From: a virus
Taxonomy: Duplodnaviria > Caudoviricetes
Direction: 5' to 3' (one strand)
IMG/VR virus record: IMGVR_UViG_3300031972_002039
Span: 1-53,425 of that record
Length of the DNA stretch: 53,425 bases
The notes below the pieces were generated by a model, which was given only the letters and a program-made list of their open reading frames with translations, ran no database searches and was not told the origin of the DNA. Positions 9,569-19,303 of the stretch are shown one piece after another. Made by a program: the position numbers and the translations under genes. The stretch's first letter is position 1; each line of letters opens with the position of its first letter.

Positions 9569-9831
9569 ATATGAGTGATGATACAACATATAAACTAGGT
9601 ACTAAGGTTGAAACTTTGATCGAATTCGCATCATTACCCATCGGTAGTGTTGGTTATATCGTGGAAGATTATGGATCAGGTATATGGATAGCTTGGGATT
9701 TACCCTCCAAACCATATCCAAAGCATAAAACTCCAGAAGAGATACGTGATATGGCAGCACTCGATCCTGAATGCCCACTTAGGGATGGGTTTGATAAAAA
9801 GTATGATCTAGATTACTTGAAAATTTGTTAA
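9565..9831 (+). CDS. hypothetical protein
   Basis: 88-aa ORF with ATGA overlap. Confidence 0.7.
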   Translation: MNMSDDTTYKLGTKVETLIEFASLPIGSVGYIVEDYGSGIWIAWDLPSKPYPKHKTPEEIRDMAALDPECPLRDGFDKKYDLDYLKIC

Positions 9832-9847
9832 TTTAAAAAAAATAACT

Positions 9848-9937
9848 ATGTGTGTATGTGGTGGTGTAGCTGAGGTTGGTATATTTGTACTAGTTGTGCG
9901 GTTTGTTTATAAGCGTTTCAAAAAACTAAAAAGATGA
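9848..9937 (+). CDS. 29-aa membrane peptide (MCVCGGVAEVGIFVLVVRFVYKRFKKLKR)
   Basis: Read by hand; hydrophobic core, basic tail, ATGA overlap with the next gene. Confidence 0.5.
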   Translation: MCVCGGVAEVGIFVLVVRFVYKRFKKLKR

Positions 9938-10227
9938 AATTTACTCAGAAGCAGTGCGATTTTTTCGGTGATATCCTGAATTCACCACATAGTGATGTTG
10001 AACTAGCGAGTGATAAAATCGATTTTAAGGCTCTCTGGTGCAAGTTAGACGCTAACGAAGGCGAATCTATCAATGATGACGAGTTCGAATGGCTAACGTC
10101 GCGAATAGATGCTCAAATCGAACTAGAGCGACTATCTAACAAACGAAATGTTCATAAGCGAGGCGAAATCAGATCACTTGTGAATGCTAAAAATAAAGTA
10201 AATAAATTATTAACACCAAAATATTAA
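9934..10227 (+). CDS. hypothetical protein
   Basis: 97-aa ORF. Confidence 0.7.
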   Translation: MKFTQKQCDFFGDILNSPHSDVELASDKIDFKALWCKLDANEGESINDDEFEWLTSRIDAQIELERLSNKRNVHKRGEIRSLVNAKNKVNKLLTPKY

Positions 10228-10230
10228 ATT

Positions 10231-10545
10231 ATGTTTAAAGAATTGATTGGTAAGAACGTTATGATCAGAACTTATTCCGCGGGTGTACACTTCGGCGAAT
10301 TAGCTGCAGTAGAATCCGCGGCGAGTGGATTTGACGTTAAACTTAAAAATGCAACAAGAGTATACTCTTGGACTGGTGCGAATTCGTTATCACAGTTGGC
10401 ACTTGAAGGTAGTAAGCGTACTGATAGTGAATTGTCAGTGCAGGTGCCATCTATCGGACTTCGAGCTATCGAAATCATCGAAATGACGCCAGAAGCTTAC
10501 GAAAATTTAATTAACATTAAAACTTGGAAGTATGAAGCAGCCTAA
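10231..10545 (+). CDS. DUF6948-like phage protein
   Basis: IGK.VMIRTYSAGVHFGEL...W.GA.SLSQLA.EG motif. Confidence 0.75.
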   Translation: MFKELIGKNVMIRTYSAGVHFGELAAVESAASGFDVKLKNATRVYSWTGANSLSQLALEGSKRTDSELSVQVPSIGLRAIEIIEMTPEAYENLINIKTWKYEAA

Positions 10546-10780
10546 TGGAGTGGTTTTAGAACACTCAACGAACACACACGTCATCCCAACTGAGGGGGTG
10601 GAAGTTGTGAAGGAAATTCCTAAAATGACAACTGTCGTTTTGAAAACCAAATCCGCTATAATTGTGGAGCATGGTCATCATAACACAGTTGCCACTGAGG
10701 AGTCTACTAACGACGTTATTAAGATCACTCAGCAAGAATTTAATCCTGTATTGAACGCGTTTCAAAACAGTTTCGATTAA
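10532..10780 (+). CDS. hypothetical His-containing protein
   Basis: 82 aa, HGHH and QQEFNP. Confidence 0.7.
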   Translation: MKQPNGVVLEHSTNTHVIPTEGVEVVKEIPKMTTVVLKTKSAIIVEHGHHNTVATEESTNDVIKITQQEFNPVLNAFQNSFD

Positions 10781-10796
10781 ATAATTGATCTGTCGT

Positions 10797-10824
10797 ATGG
10801 GCGCATCTAAGGTGCGCCCATTTT
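10797..10824 (+). terminator. intrinsic terminator-like hairpin
   Basis: ATGGGCGCA/TGCGCCCAT stem followed by TTT. Confidence 0.65.
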
Positions 10825-10846
10825 AACATATTTTAAAGTAAAAGCT

Positions 10847-11563
10847 ATGATAAATACTGGCACATTATTAATACAAAATTTGACAACATATGAAATGTGT
10901 GGTCGATACCTCAGAACTCAATTTACCGACAATAAGGATAGATTCGTCAAGAGGTTTATTGAGCCACTATCCACATTCTTGACTATGAATTCTGTCGAAA
11001 ACCATAAAGATGTCATCAAACTGTATATGAAACTATGGGATATATCAAAACCATATACGTACAGTGAAGCATTCGGGATTACTAATGCTGAAGCTAGAGC
11101 TACGGTATTTTCAGTCATCAATGTTGATGAGATGGTTAATAATCTAGGTACTACTAGAATTAAGACTTCTGGTATCGATCTAGTAAACCGAACATATAAT
11201 ACCGTGACTGGTACTCACGAAGATAACGAATTTACACAGATATACGAATTGCACCAAGTGAATGGCTCGAAGCTCGGATTATCTACTAATGAATTGTATG
11301 CAATTAAGTGTTGGTGTACATCTACTGATCAGGTTCATTGGTTATGGACATCTGCGGAGATGGGAAGAACTGGAGACCCGTTGGCGGCTATTGCCGATTG
11401 CTGTAAATATTATGTCGGAATGCAGGGCAAAATAACACATATAATTCGACAGGGTGACGTGTTTTTATTCGAAATGTCGGAACCATATATACCAACCGCG
11501 GACGAAGAAGTGTGCAGCTCAACTAAAGATGAGTACTTCAAACTACTCAAGAGTCAGTCGTGA
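10847..11563 (+). CDS. DUF6745-like protein
   Basis: N.E.R...IKCWCTSTD..HWLW...AIA...IIRQGD motif. Confidence 0.65.
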   Translation: MINTGTLLIQNLTTYEMCGRYLRTQFTDNKDRFVKRFIEPLSTFLTMNSVENHKDVIKLYMKLWDISKPYTYSEAFGITNAEARATVFSVINVDEMVNNLGTTRIKTSGIDLVNRTYNTVTGTHEDNEFTQIYELHQVNGSKLGLSTNELYAIKCWCTSTDQVHWLWTSAEMGRTGDPLAAIADCCKYYVGMQGKITHIIRQGDVFLFEMSEPYIPTADEEVCSSTKDEYFKLLKSQS

Positions 11564-11618
11564 TATAGTTGTCGGTGTACACTGTAGTGGATTAGGAAAA
11601 CATTATAAATTATTAAAA

Positions 11619-11963
11619 ATGAATTTTAAACTTAAAAATGATGATATATCATCTAATAAGCAGGTGACTAGGATCGAGATTCGATACGGCAACAAGAGTA
11701 AATCTCTGACGCTGGAGGATCACACAAACGCTGAGCAGTTGAGTGATTATCTTAAAGAAAAACTTGCCGAGATTACTAGACCTATATCAGTAGATATCCC
11801 GATAACTGAAAGTCCAGTAAGGCATGTAGATAAATGCATGATACAAGTATACGAGGCGACGAGCAAGTCCATATCAAAAAAGAATAACTTTAAGTCATTC
11901 ACATGTTATGGTATTGACGATGTCGCTGCTATTGAACTGATCAAAAATATTTTAAAACAATGA
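11619..11963 (+). CDS. hypothetical protein
   Basis: Restarted at ATG 11619 (MNFKLK). Confidence 0.65.
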   Translation: MNFKLKNDDISSNKQVTRIEIRYGNKSKSLTLEDHTNAEQLSDYLKEKLAEITRPISVDIPITESPVRHVDKCMIQVYEATSKSISKKNNFKSFTCYGIDDVAAIELIKNILKQ

Positions 11964-12379
11964 GTGACTTATTTTTCTTATTCGGAATTTTAGCTCTGCT
12001 ATTCGAAGTAGCAATATTAGTGAGACCTAGACATTATAGGGATACGCTAGATGATTATTCTACAGTATTAAAGGCTGGAAATGTGAGTGAAATAACCGAG
12101 GATGGTCAACTTCGATATCCTAACTATATATGGTTAACATTTTTGTTGCTTGGATACACTGGATGGTTATTCGTTGGATTGATAACCTACCAGTGGTTCG
12201 CGTTTTTAGTATTCATATCAGTCGATCTGGTGTACGGTATCATATTTAATAATCGTAAAAAACCCGTCTGGTCTAAGTTTACCAATGCACTTATCAGCTC
12301 AGCATTACTTGTATTCATTATAGTGAATCATTTCAACTATCGCCTGAATTATTCTGATATAGTCGATTACCTATTTTAA
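11960..12379 (+). CDS. multi-pass membrane protein
   Basis: About 4 hydrophobic segments. Confidence 0.75.
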   Translation: MSDLFFLFGILALLFEVAILVRPRHYRDTLDDYSTVLKAGNVSEITEDGQLRYPNYIWLTFLLLGYTGWLFVGLITYQWFAFLVFISVDLVYGIIFNNRKKPVWSKFTNALISSALLVFIIVNHFNYRLNYSDIVDYLF

Positions 12380-13321
12380 TGTAGTATCCCTAACTAGATG
12401 ATCTCCAGTCAATAAATCATCTAACTTAAATATACGTTTGTGCCCCACGTCATATCTTTGATTGTGGGGCGCGTCCATTAAGTAACAAGATATACCAGCA
12501 TTATTTATCTCCACAAAATTTTCGAATCGATCATCCACGAAAATATCACCACCCGCAGATTTGAGAACGTCAACCTTTGACTGACCAACACCCACAGTAT
12601 GTACTGGTCTAGCTGGGAATCCATGCTTATCTAACCACGCTTCGGTCACTTCAGTCGAAACTGGTCTGGACGTAACGTAACACCACGGCTCGAAATGGAG
12701 GTCATCTGGACTGATCCGAGGCTTCAGGTTCATATAAAATTCGTCCATATCCCCAGACGATTTTAGTGTAGCAAATCTGTCAGAGATGTTACGATCGAAA
12801 AACCAAGACCTAGGAACATCCATATCAAATTCACTAATCCAACCCCCAACCCAGTCACATATCACCTCATCAATATCTAACATGATTTTAGGCGTTTCTA
12901 GGTACGTGTGTGGACGATCGTCGCCTTGTGGATATGTCTTATAGTATTCAGTTAAAAACGCCGCGTTGCACATTATATGAGCTGTGTGGAGCAATCCAGT
13001 CTCTGGGTCTAGGTCTTCACCCATCTTAAACGCCGCTAGATGCCGTTCGAGTGATGCCGCGACTGTGCACCAACTCATTCCACGTTCCCAGTTACGATCT
13101 ACATATTTCTTGGCACCACGTGTGATAACTCGTGCGTACTGTTCCTGAGCGAATGCTGGAACTAGATCATATCGAGTTTTATCGGTGTTAAATCTGAGAC
13201 CTCCACCTCTAGGTATATCTTTGGATGTCATCTCGACCATACTATCAGGTATTGGAGTATCTAGTTCTACTGGCTCTGAATATTCTTTAAATGGGATCGT
13301 TAATTGCTTATATTTAGGCAT
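12371..13321 (-). CDS. dATP/dGTP diphosphohydrolase (DUF5664) fused to a HAD 5'(3')-deoxyribonucleotidase-like domain
   Basis: K.RYDLVP...GAKKY..RNW..G...RH...GED.DPETGL.H.AH, then LDIDEV, VTSR and FVDD HAD motifs; ATG at 13321. Confidence 0.85.
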   Translation of the reverse strand: MPKYKQLTIPFKEYSEPVELDTPIPDSMVEMTSKDIPRGGGLRFNTDKTRYDLVPAFAQEQYARVITRGAKKYVDRNWERGMSWCTVAASLERHLAAFKMGEDLDPETGLLHTAHIMCNAAFLTEYYKTYPQGDDRPHTYLETPKIMLDIDEVICDWVGGWISEFDMDVPRSWFFDRNISDRFATLKSSGDMDEFYMNLKPRISPDDLHFEPWCYVTSRPVSTEVTEAWLDKHGFPARPVHTVGVGQSKVDVLKSAGGDIFVDDRFENFVEINNAGISCYLMDAPHNQRYDVGHKRIFKLDDLLTGDHLVRDTTLK

Positions 13322-13339
13322 ATATGTTAATTTTAAGAC

Positions 13340-13371
13340 CAAATATAGAATAAAATTTTGTTATATACAAA
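13340..13371 (-). promoter_or_regulatory. Bacteroidota-type sigma70 promoter
   Basis: TTTG-N20-TATATTTG on the minus strand. Confidence 0.65.
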
Positions 13372-13407
13372 AATGCCCAAATAGAATTTCGTCTAAATGG
13401 GCATTAT
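13369..13407 (-). terminator. intrinsic terminator
   Basis: AATGCCCA...TGGGCATT hairpin plus T-run after the helicase. Confidence 0.6.
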
Positions 13408-13430
13408 CGATAAATAAAAAGTATTCTCTT

Positions 13431-15503
13431 CTAACTTGACATTTGATTTAGTTGTCTGTGATATTTTTTCAACATACGTTCACACGCTGCTGCTTGTTTA
13501 TTCGATAAAAACGTCTTGTCAGCCATCGTATGTCCGAATGGTGCATCGAATTTGTTGAACCCCATCCCGTCCTTCCCAGATGCATAATCACACTGACCAG
13601 ATAAAAACTTAAGCTTCTTAAGAATTAATGCAACTTCATCTTTAGTGTACTGCTTAATACCATCCGCGATCTCCTGAGCTTTCTTCTCTGCGTTCTTCTT
13701 CTCCCACGCCAATGCTTTCTTCTTAGCCTTCTCGATATCAGAATTCACCTGTTTCTTAGCGTCCTCAAATTTCTGTGCTTGCTTCGCTATATGTTCATCG
13801 ACCTTTTCAGAATTCATAGCCCTATCGATTACGTTCTGCTTCTCGACTATTTGCTTAGCGAGGTTAGAATCCATCGACCCGTCAATTACGATGTGCTGTA
13901 CAAGTACTGAGTTGGTTTGTCCAATTCTGTGCGCTCTATCTTCTGCCTGACTCAAGTTAGCTGGTGTCCAATCGAGCTCCGCAAACACAACTGTACTTGC
14001 CGCCGTCAGTGTAAGACCAACACCCGCCGCGGAAATTGATCCCACAAACAACTTAACACTATCATCATTTTGAAACCTTTGGACTGCATCGTCCTTGGCA
14101 GTATCGGACATACCACCCATCAACTTCACTGCCGACCCCTCAAACGCGGTATATAATGCGTCGATCATGTCTCGGTGGTGAGCGAATACGATCACCTTAT
14201 CTGTTTGCTCTAGAGTTGTTTTTAAGTGATCAACAACATCAGCAACTTTAGCTAATGCAGTTGCGTGACGCAATCTAGCCATTTCAGCTATATGGGATGC
14301 CGACATCGTCTTCAAGTTATTAACACGATCCTCATATTCGTCGGCAACTAATGAGAACTCCTTTTTCTCCAAATCCTTCACAGCATCGTTATACATATGC
14401 ATTGGATCGATACTGCCTAAGTATTCCTGTTCTGCGTCGATAAAATCCTTATATTTAGCCTGATCCAATTCGATGATCTGACGTCTTTTAGCTGGTAGTT
14501 CATGTAACACGTCCGCCTTAAGTCTTCTGACCATGATCGATTGACGCAATTTCATTTGAAGCTCTTCCAAATTTGATGCTCCAGAAAAGTCCCACCCAAA
14601 GCTCCCCCGAGTAGCTGCGCAATATCGTTTGGCGTAATTCCAAAATGTCATTTCAAATCCCAAAGCTTCGATCATATGAAAAAGCTCAACTGGACGGTTC
14701 AAAATCGGCGTCCCAGTCAAGAATACCTTACGCTTAGACTCCTTAGCTAGTGCGTAGAATGCTTGCGATCTCCTAGCCTTTTTATTCTTGGCATAATGCG
14801 CCTCATCCGCAATTATAAGATCGAAATTTATGGCACCGTGGTAGTTGGTAACCTTCGTCTTCTTTCCCTTAACCAATTTCTCCTCGACTGTCGTGTTAAT
14901 CAACCAATCTAATTTGGTAAGAATATCGTAATTGATGATGTATATATCGGCGTCTACTGGTTTTTTATCTTTAGACGATAAAATCGCAACTGACAAGTCT
15001 CTAACCAACCATGTTCCCAATTCCTTTTTCCAATTAAACTTCAGAGACGCTGGACATACTATTAGGGTTTTCTTGATAGATTCATCGGCATTCAAAACAC
15101 CAATAGCTTGGATAGTCTTACCAAGCCCCATCTCATCACCGATGAGAACGTTCCCATTCTTTAATGCATAATTTATACCTGCCCGCTGGTATCCATAATA
15201 TTCAAACCCATCTGGTGCGGGTATATGTATATCAGCATCTGTCGCGCTACTAGCTTTCAACATGTCGTCAACTCGAGTTTTCTCGATCTCCAATTCTTTT
15301 TTGACGTCACCATCTGCGAATTCTATCAAATCAATCGCTTGATCAATATTAGGTGTCCACCACACATTTAGTGGGACATCTGGAAATGGTTTGAATCTAG
15401 GATTTTTGTCAGTATTCCAACGAAACTTAGCTGCCTTGGGTAAATGTCGGGAGTTGTAATCACCTTCCCATATCCAATTGTTTCCTGATTTAATCAATTT
15501 CAT
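13431..15503 (-). CDS. SNF2-family (HARP/SMARCAL1-like) helicase
   Basis: DEMGLGKT, DEAH, LTGTP, QAEDRAHRIGQ; ATG at 15503. Confidence 0.93.
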   Translation of the reverse strand: MKLIKSGNNWIWEGDYNSRHLPKAAKFRWNTDKNPRFKPFPDVPLNVWWTPNIDQAIDLIEFADGDVKKELEIEKTRVDDMLKASSATDADIHIPAPDGFEYYGYQRAGINYALKNGNVLIGDEMGLGKTIQAIGVLNADESIKKTLIVCPASLKFNWKKELGTWLVRDLSVAILSSKDKKPVDADIYIINYDILTKLDWLINTTVEEKLVKGKKTKVTNYHGAINFDLIIADEAHYAKNKKARRSQAFYALAKESKRKVFLTGTPILNRPVELFHMIEALGFEMTFWNYAKRYCAATRGSFGWDFSGASNLEELQMKLRQSIMVRRLKADVLHELPAKRRQIIELDQAKYKDFIDAEQEYLGSIDPMHMYNDAVKDLEKKEFSLVADEYEDRVNNLKTMSASHIAEMARLRHATALAKVADVVDHLKTTLEQTDKVIVFAHHRDMIDALYTAFEGSAVKLMGGMSDTAKDDAVQRFQNDDSVKLFVGSISAAGVGLTLTAASTVVFAELDWTPANLSQAEDRAHRIGQTNSVLVQHIVIDGSMDSNLAKQIVEKQNVIDRAMNSEKVDEHIAKQAQKFEDAKKQVNSDIEKAKKKALAWEKKNAEKKAQEIADGIKQYTKDEVALILKKLKFLSGQCDYASGKDGMGFNKFDAPFGHTMADKTFLSNKQAAACERMLKKYHRQLNQMSS

Positions 15504-15612
15504 AATACCTGTTTTTATTATCGATGACACTAAGATAAGCATATTTTCTAATTTCCAACTATTTTATTGGTATTTTTTTTTAAAAAGTTTTTATAATAAA
15601 TCTTATTTTTTA

Positions 15613-15645
15613 TTTGGTAATGTCGGAAAGTTTTTTATATATTTG
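15613..15645 (+). promoter_or_regulatory. Bacteroidota-type sigma70 promoter
   Basis: TTTG-N21-TATATTTG. Confidence 0.65.
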
Positions 15646-15665
15646 TCGCAACAACACAAAATAGT

Positions 15666-15944
15666 ATGAGACATATCCAATACGGTGGTCACGATGTAAT
15701 AGTTGACAAAGTAGATTCTATCAAAGACCTTACACTCGAATGTAAGGGTCGTAAGATTTTATTATCGCAACTAAGACAGTTCACCGAAATTCCAAGTTTT
15801 AGAACTAAACGACTCATGGCTGGTATCGATCAGGAAAATCGCGTACCTATATCCGAGTCGCACAATGGTAATATAAAGATTGGATGTCTCGAAGATACAA
15901 AAGAAAATTTTTATTCATTATTTAAAATCTTACTAGATGAGTAG
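15666..15944 (+). CDS. hypothetical protein
   Basis: 92-aa ORF. Confidence 0.7.
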   Translation: MRHIQYGGHDVIVDKVDSIKDLTLECKGRKILLSQLRQFTEIPSFRTKRLMAGIDQENRVPISESHNGNIKIGCLEDTKENFYSLFKILLDE

Positions 15945-17322
15945 TAAACAGAAGAAGCCCATTCTCAAGAATGGAAAGTTCAATTCCGCAGCATTTGACG
16001 CCGACGTTAAGGAAAGACTGAAGGAGATTATTGACAAGAAGCCACTGAAGAATATCGCTCAGTTTATTGAAACTGAGATTGAGAACTCGACCCAGTTGAC
16101 TTCATTCAATTACGGATTCATATGCTTCCCAGAGGATGGTGCATATGCTCTACACCGATCAATTCAAGAATTGGAGGGATATTCGGTTCACAAGGAGTCC
16201 GGTCCGTCGAACGATCCACCAGAGACGATCGATGTCCAATTTGCTGACGGTAGCAGAATCAAAGTTCCATGGGGATCGATTGCATTGCCCGGTCTCGGAA
16301 AAGACGCAACAATATCCATGACATACGATTCGAGTTCTAGAAAATTCGGAGTATCTGGTCAGTGTGAGCGTCGATATGTATCCTTGATGGATGATATCAT
16401 GGAGAAGACTAAACATTTACTAGCTACGGACAGTATTTACCGTGGAAAAGCAATTCGTTTGGATGGAAATCTTAGACCACAATTCCTCGATCTTTCGAAG
16501 GTTGATAAGATTCCTATGTATCTATCGAAAGCTACTGAGTTTTCACTACAACCAATCATTTCTAGAATTGAGCAGTCAGAGCAGTGCATTGCGAATGGAC
16601 TTGATCTCAAGTTCGGTGCATTGATGGAAGGTGAGTATGGTACTGGTAAGACGTTGTTAGCTTTCAAACTTGCTAATAAAGCAATCCAGAATGACTGGGG
16701 ATTCATTTACCTAACCGATCCAACAAAGGTGACTGAAATGCTAGATATAGCTGGTCAGTTGTGTGGTAATGGGCGTGGTGTTCTTACATTCGTGGAAGAT
16801 ATCGATCAGGTTCTTCGTGGTGCACGAAATACGAAGATGAATGAAATATTGAACATCCTAGATGGTGGTGACACGAAAGGTAGAAATATCATCAGTGTTT
16901 TTACAACCAACCACCTAGAGTTGATCGATCCTACATTCCTAAGAGGTAAGCGAATTGGTTCATTGATCTCAATGACCGCATTGGATCAACCAACAGCGAT
17001 GAAGTTTATCAGTAGCTATCTTGGAGATTCAGTCACGGACGATGTCACTGAAGCTGCGAATAAAGTTGCTGAGATGGAAATCGTACCAGCATTCTTGGCA
17101 GAAATACTTGACAGAGTAAAAGCCAATATGGTTTATACATCCACGACTACAACTTCTTGTGAAGATATTGTAGCGAGTATAGACTCATACACTGCTCAAA
17201 TGTCATTGGCTAAAACTAAGTCACAGGAAGAAACTGACGAGCAAGCGTTTGTTGGATTGTTCAAGAAACTGTGTGTCGATGAGGCATTTACAGAGACACT
17301 AGAAAAATTAGACTTAGTCTAA
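15937..17322 (+). CDS. AAA+ ATPase
   Basis: GEYGTGKT, FVEDID, TTNH, DPTFLRGKR. Confidence 0.9.
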   Translation: MSSKQKKPILKNGKFNSAAFDADVKERLKEIIDKKPLKNIAQFIETEIENSTQLTSFNYGFICFPEDGAYALHRSIQELEGYSVHKESGPSNDPPETIDVQFADGSRIKVPWGSIALPGLGKDATISMTYDSSSRKFGVSGQCERRYVSLMDDIMEKTKHLLATDSIYRGKAIRLDGNLRPQFLDLSKVDKIPMYLSKATEFSLQPIISRIEQSEQCIANGLDLKFGALMEGEYGTGKTLLAFKLANKAIQNDWGFIYLTDPTKVTEMLDIAGQLCGNGRGVLTFVEDIDQVLRGARNTKMNEILNILDGGDTKGRNIISVFTTNHLELIDPTFLRGKRIGSLISMTALDQPTAMKFISSYLGDSVTDDVTEAANKVAEMEIVPAFLAEILDRVKANMVYTSTTTTSCEDIVASIDSYTAQMSLAKTKSQEETDEQAFVGLFKKLCVDEAFTETLEKLDLV

Positions 17323-17359
17323 AGATGCTGATGGAGTTATTTTACTGACTCATATTAAT

Positions 17360-17391
17360 AAAGCCCAGAATTTACGTTCTGGGCTTTTTTT
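17360..17391 (+). terminator. intrinsic terminator
   Basis: AAAGCCCAGAA/TTCTGGGCTTT hairpin plus T-run. Confidence 0.85.
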
Positions 17392-17488
17392 ATATCAAAA
17401 TTTTTCGTATATTACAATTCCATCAGGAATGGTGGGATTGAGTTTCGGTAGACAGGTATTATTCGTCAATATCTGTCTATTTGTTTAC

Positions 17489-17782
17489 CTATATGATATC
17501 AATAACTTTACCATATACCTGCGTAGTCCACCCATTAATCCCGCCACGTTTATTTCCGATCAAACATCCCTTAATTCTATCCACAGATTTAACTAGATGG
17601 GTGTAATATCGACCTTTAACTTTACAATATACTATATCCCCAACTTCGACAGATTTCCAATCCGCTGGCTCGACGACATGTTTCTGACCTGATCTAATTA
17701 GTGGTACCATTGAGTTACCTTTCTCACTAGTCGTCACCGTTTCACCAGCTTGTAATTTTTCTAACTTAAAATTTCTACGCAT
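17489..17782 (-). CDS. S24/S26-family peptidase-like protein
   Basis: GNSMVP.I..G, GDIV, H.VK. Confidence 0.75.
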   Translation of the reverse strand: MRRNFKLEKLQAGETVTTSEKGNSMVPLIRSGQKHVVEPADWKSVEVGDIVYCKVKGRYYTHLVKSVDRIKGCLIGNKRGGINGWTTQVYGKVIDII

Positions 17783-17787
17783 ACTTG

Positions 17788-17970
17788 TTATTTTTTAGAT
17801 GCCCTCCCCAGACCAAAGAATAGTCCAGCTAGGTAAAAGTTAATAATCCAAGATTTCCAGTCAATATCATACATTATATCGATGTACATATACGAAATAA
17901 GTCCTATTATAAAGGATATCGAGAACCATACTAATACTACCTGTGCTGTGTTGATAAAAGTTTGTTTCAT
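17788..17970 (-). CDS. small two-TM membrane protein
   Basis: Hydrophobic 60-aa ORF. Confidence 0.6.
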   Translation of the reverse strand: MKQTFINTAQVVLVWFSISFIIGLISYMYIDIMYDIDWKSWIINFYLAGLFFGLGRASKK

Positions 17971-18107
17971 TGTATTCGGTTTATAGGTTAATTAATTATA
18001 CCACTAATATAAAAAAAATGTTGGTAATAACTTACATCAATGAAATGTAATTTTGAAAGATACTTATTAACGAACAAAATATCTGTTAATATATAAAAGG
18101 AAATACG

Positions 18108-19235
18108 GTGGACGTTAAGTTAAATAAAAATCAAGCATTAGAGTTAGCAAATCTTATTAGTAAATTCGGGCTCGAGGTTCCAGTTTCTGGGATGTCGGAA
18201 GCTAAGCCGCAACCAGAGTTGACGTTAATGAATTCACAAGAAATTGTAGATTTAGCTAATGAAGGTGGGGCACCTGTCTTACAAGTCGATGAGAAGGTAA
18301 TAAAAATGATCCCCCAAGTGATTGAAGAATTTAAAGAGAGTGCTAATTGGTATTATAATTTTAATAAATCGATCACATCAATACTAGGTAAGCGTGAGGG
18401 TGGATTACTTTTAGCGATGATAGCATCGTACTCCGCCAATACTAAATTAGAACCAAACTTAGCACTCGCCACGCGATCGTTCTATGCAATTAAGCGTGAC
18501 CTCGCCGATAATAAGAATTTACTTATCGAATACATAGATTATATGCAAAATATGTCAACTGCCGATTTCAAGAAATTAAAATTCTACATGGCTGATAAGG
18601 ATGCAGCCGACCCAACCCATAAATTTACCAATCTGAAATATCATAACTTTATTGTCAAGCATAGCACGTTGCAATCACATATCCAGATAACTAATAAAAT
18701 TACTAGATATTATATCGACCAAGGTGAAAAATTTGATAATAAGAGACTCGCACAGATGATATCGACCGCGATTAAATCCTCTGGGGATATCAACAAAAAA
18801 GATGCTATAACTGGTGGGTATAAAGTACTGAACTTTGCACTCAATTTATTAGACCCAGATATGGTGGTTGGTGGTGATAAATTCGCTTGGCTACCAGTTA
18901 CAATTGACTCGTGGATGATTTACTTTTTTTACCCTGAAGTATACGATATGGTGGGTAAGGATAAATCTGATAGGAAAGGTGCGGTGTTTAGTAAATACAA
19001 ACACTACGTATATCTTGGAAAACTTGTCCAAGAACAGGCAGCTAAATATGGTATGAAACCCCACCAATTACAAGCGGTTATTTGGATCGCCACGATTAGA
19101 AAAAGAAAACCAAATGAATCATCAAAAAATATACACAGTACATTGACACATATGATTCAGTCGTTTAATAAAGACCAGAACAAAAATAATCAGTTAATCG
19201 AGTTCACAAATAAACTTCAAAAAGTTCTCGCATAA
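18108..19235 (+). CDS. hypothetical protein, DUF7178-like (WY...A.xS...KV.NF...VTID.W...QLQAVIW)
   Basis: Motif order recalls DUF7178-type phage proteins. Confidence 0.6.
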   Translation: MDVKLNKNQALELANLISKFGLEVPVSGMSEAKPQPELTLMNSQEIVDLANEGGAPVLQVDEKVIKMIPQVIEEFKESANWYYNFNKSITSILGKREGGLLLAMIASYSANTKLEPNLALATRSFYAIKRDLADNKNLLIEYIDYMQNMSTADFKKLKFYMADKDAADPTHKFTNLKYHNFIVKHSTLQSHIQITNKITRYYIDQGEKFDNKRLAQMISTAIKSSGDINKKDAITGGYKVLNFALNLLDPDMVVGGDKFAWLPVTIDSWMIYFFYPEVYDMVGKDKSDRKGAVFSKYKHYVYLGKLVQEQAAKYGMKPHQLQAVIWIATIRKRKPNESSKNIHSTLTHMIQSFNKDQNKNNQLIEFTNKLQKVLA

Positions 19236-19303
19236 ATAATTTTGTAAAAATGCGGGAGTTATAAATAAATATTTCTATATTTACCGCATAAAAATGTTGG
19301 TAA

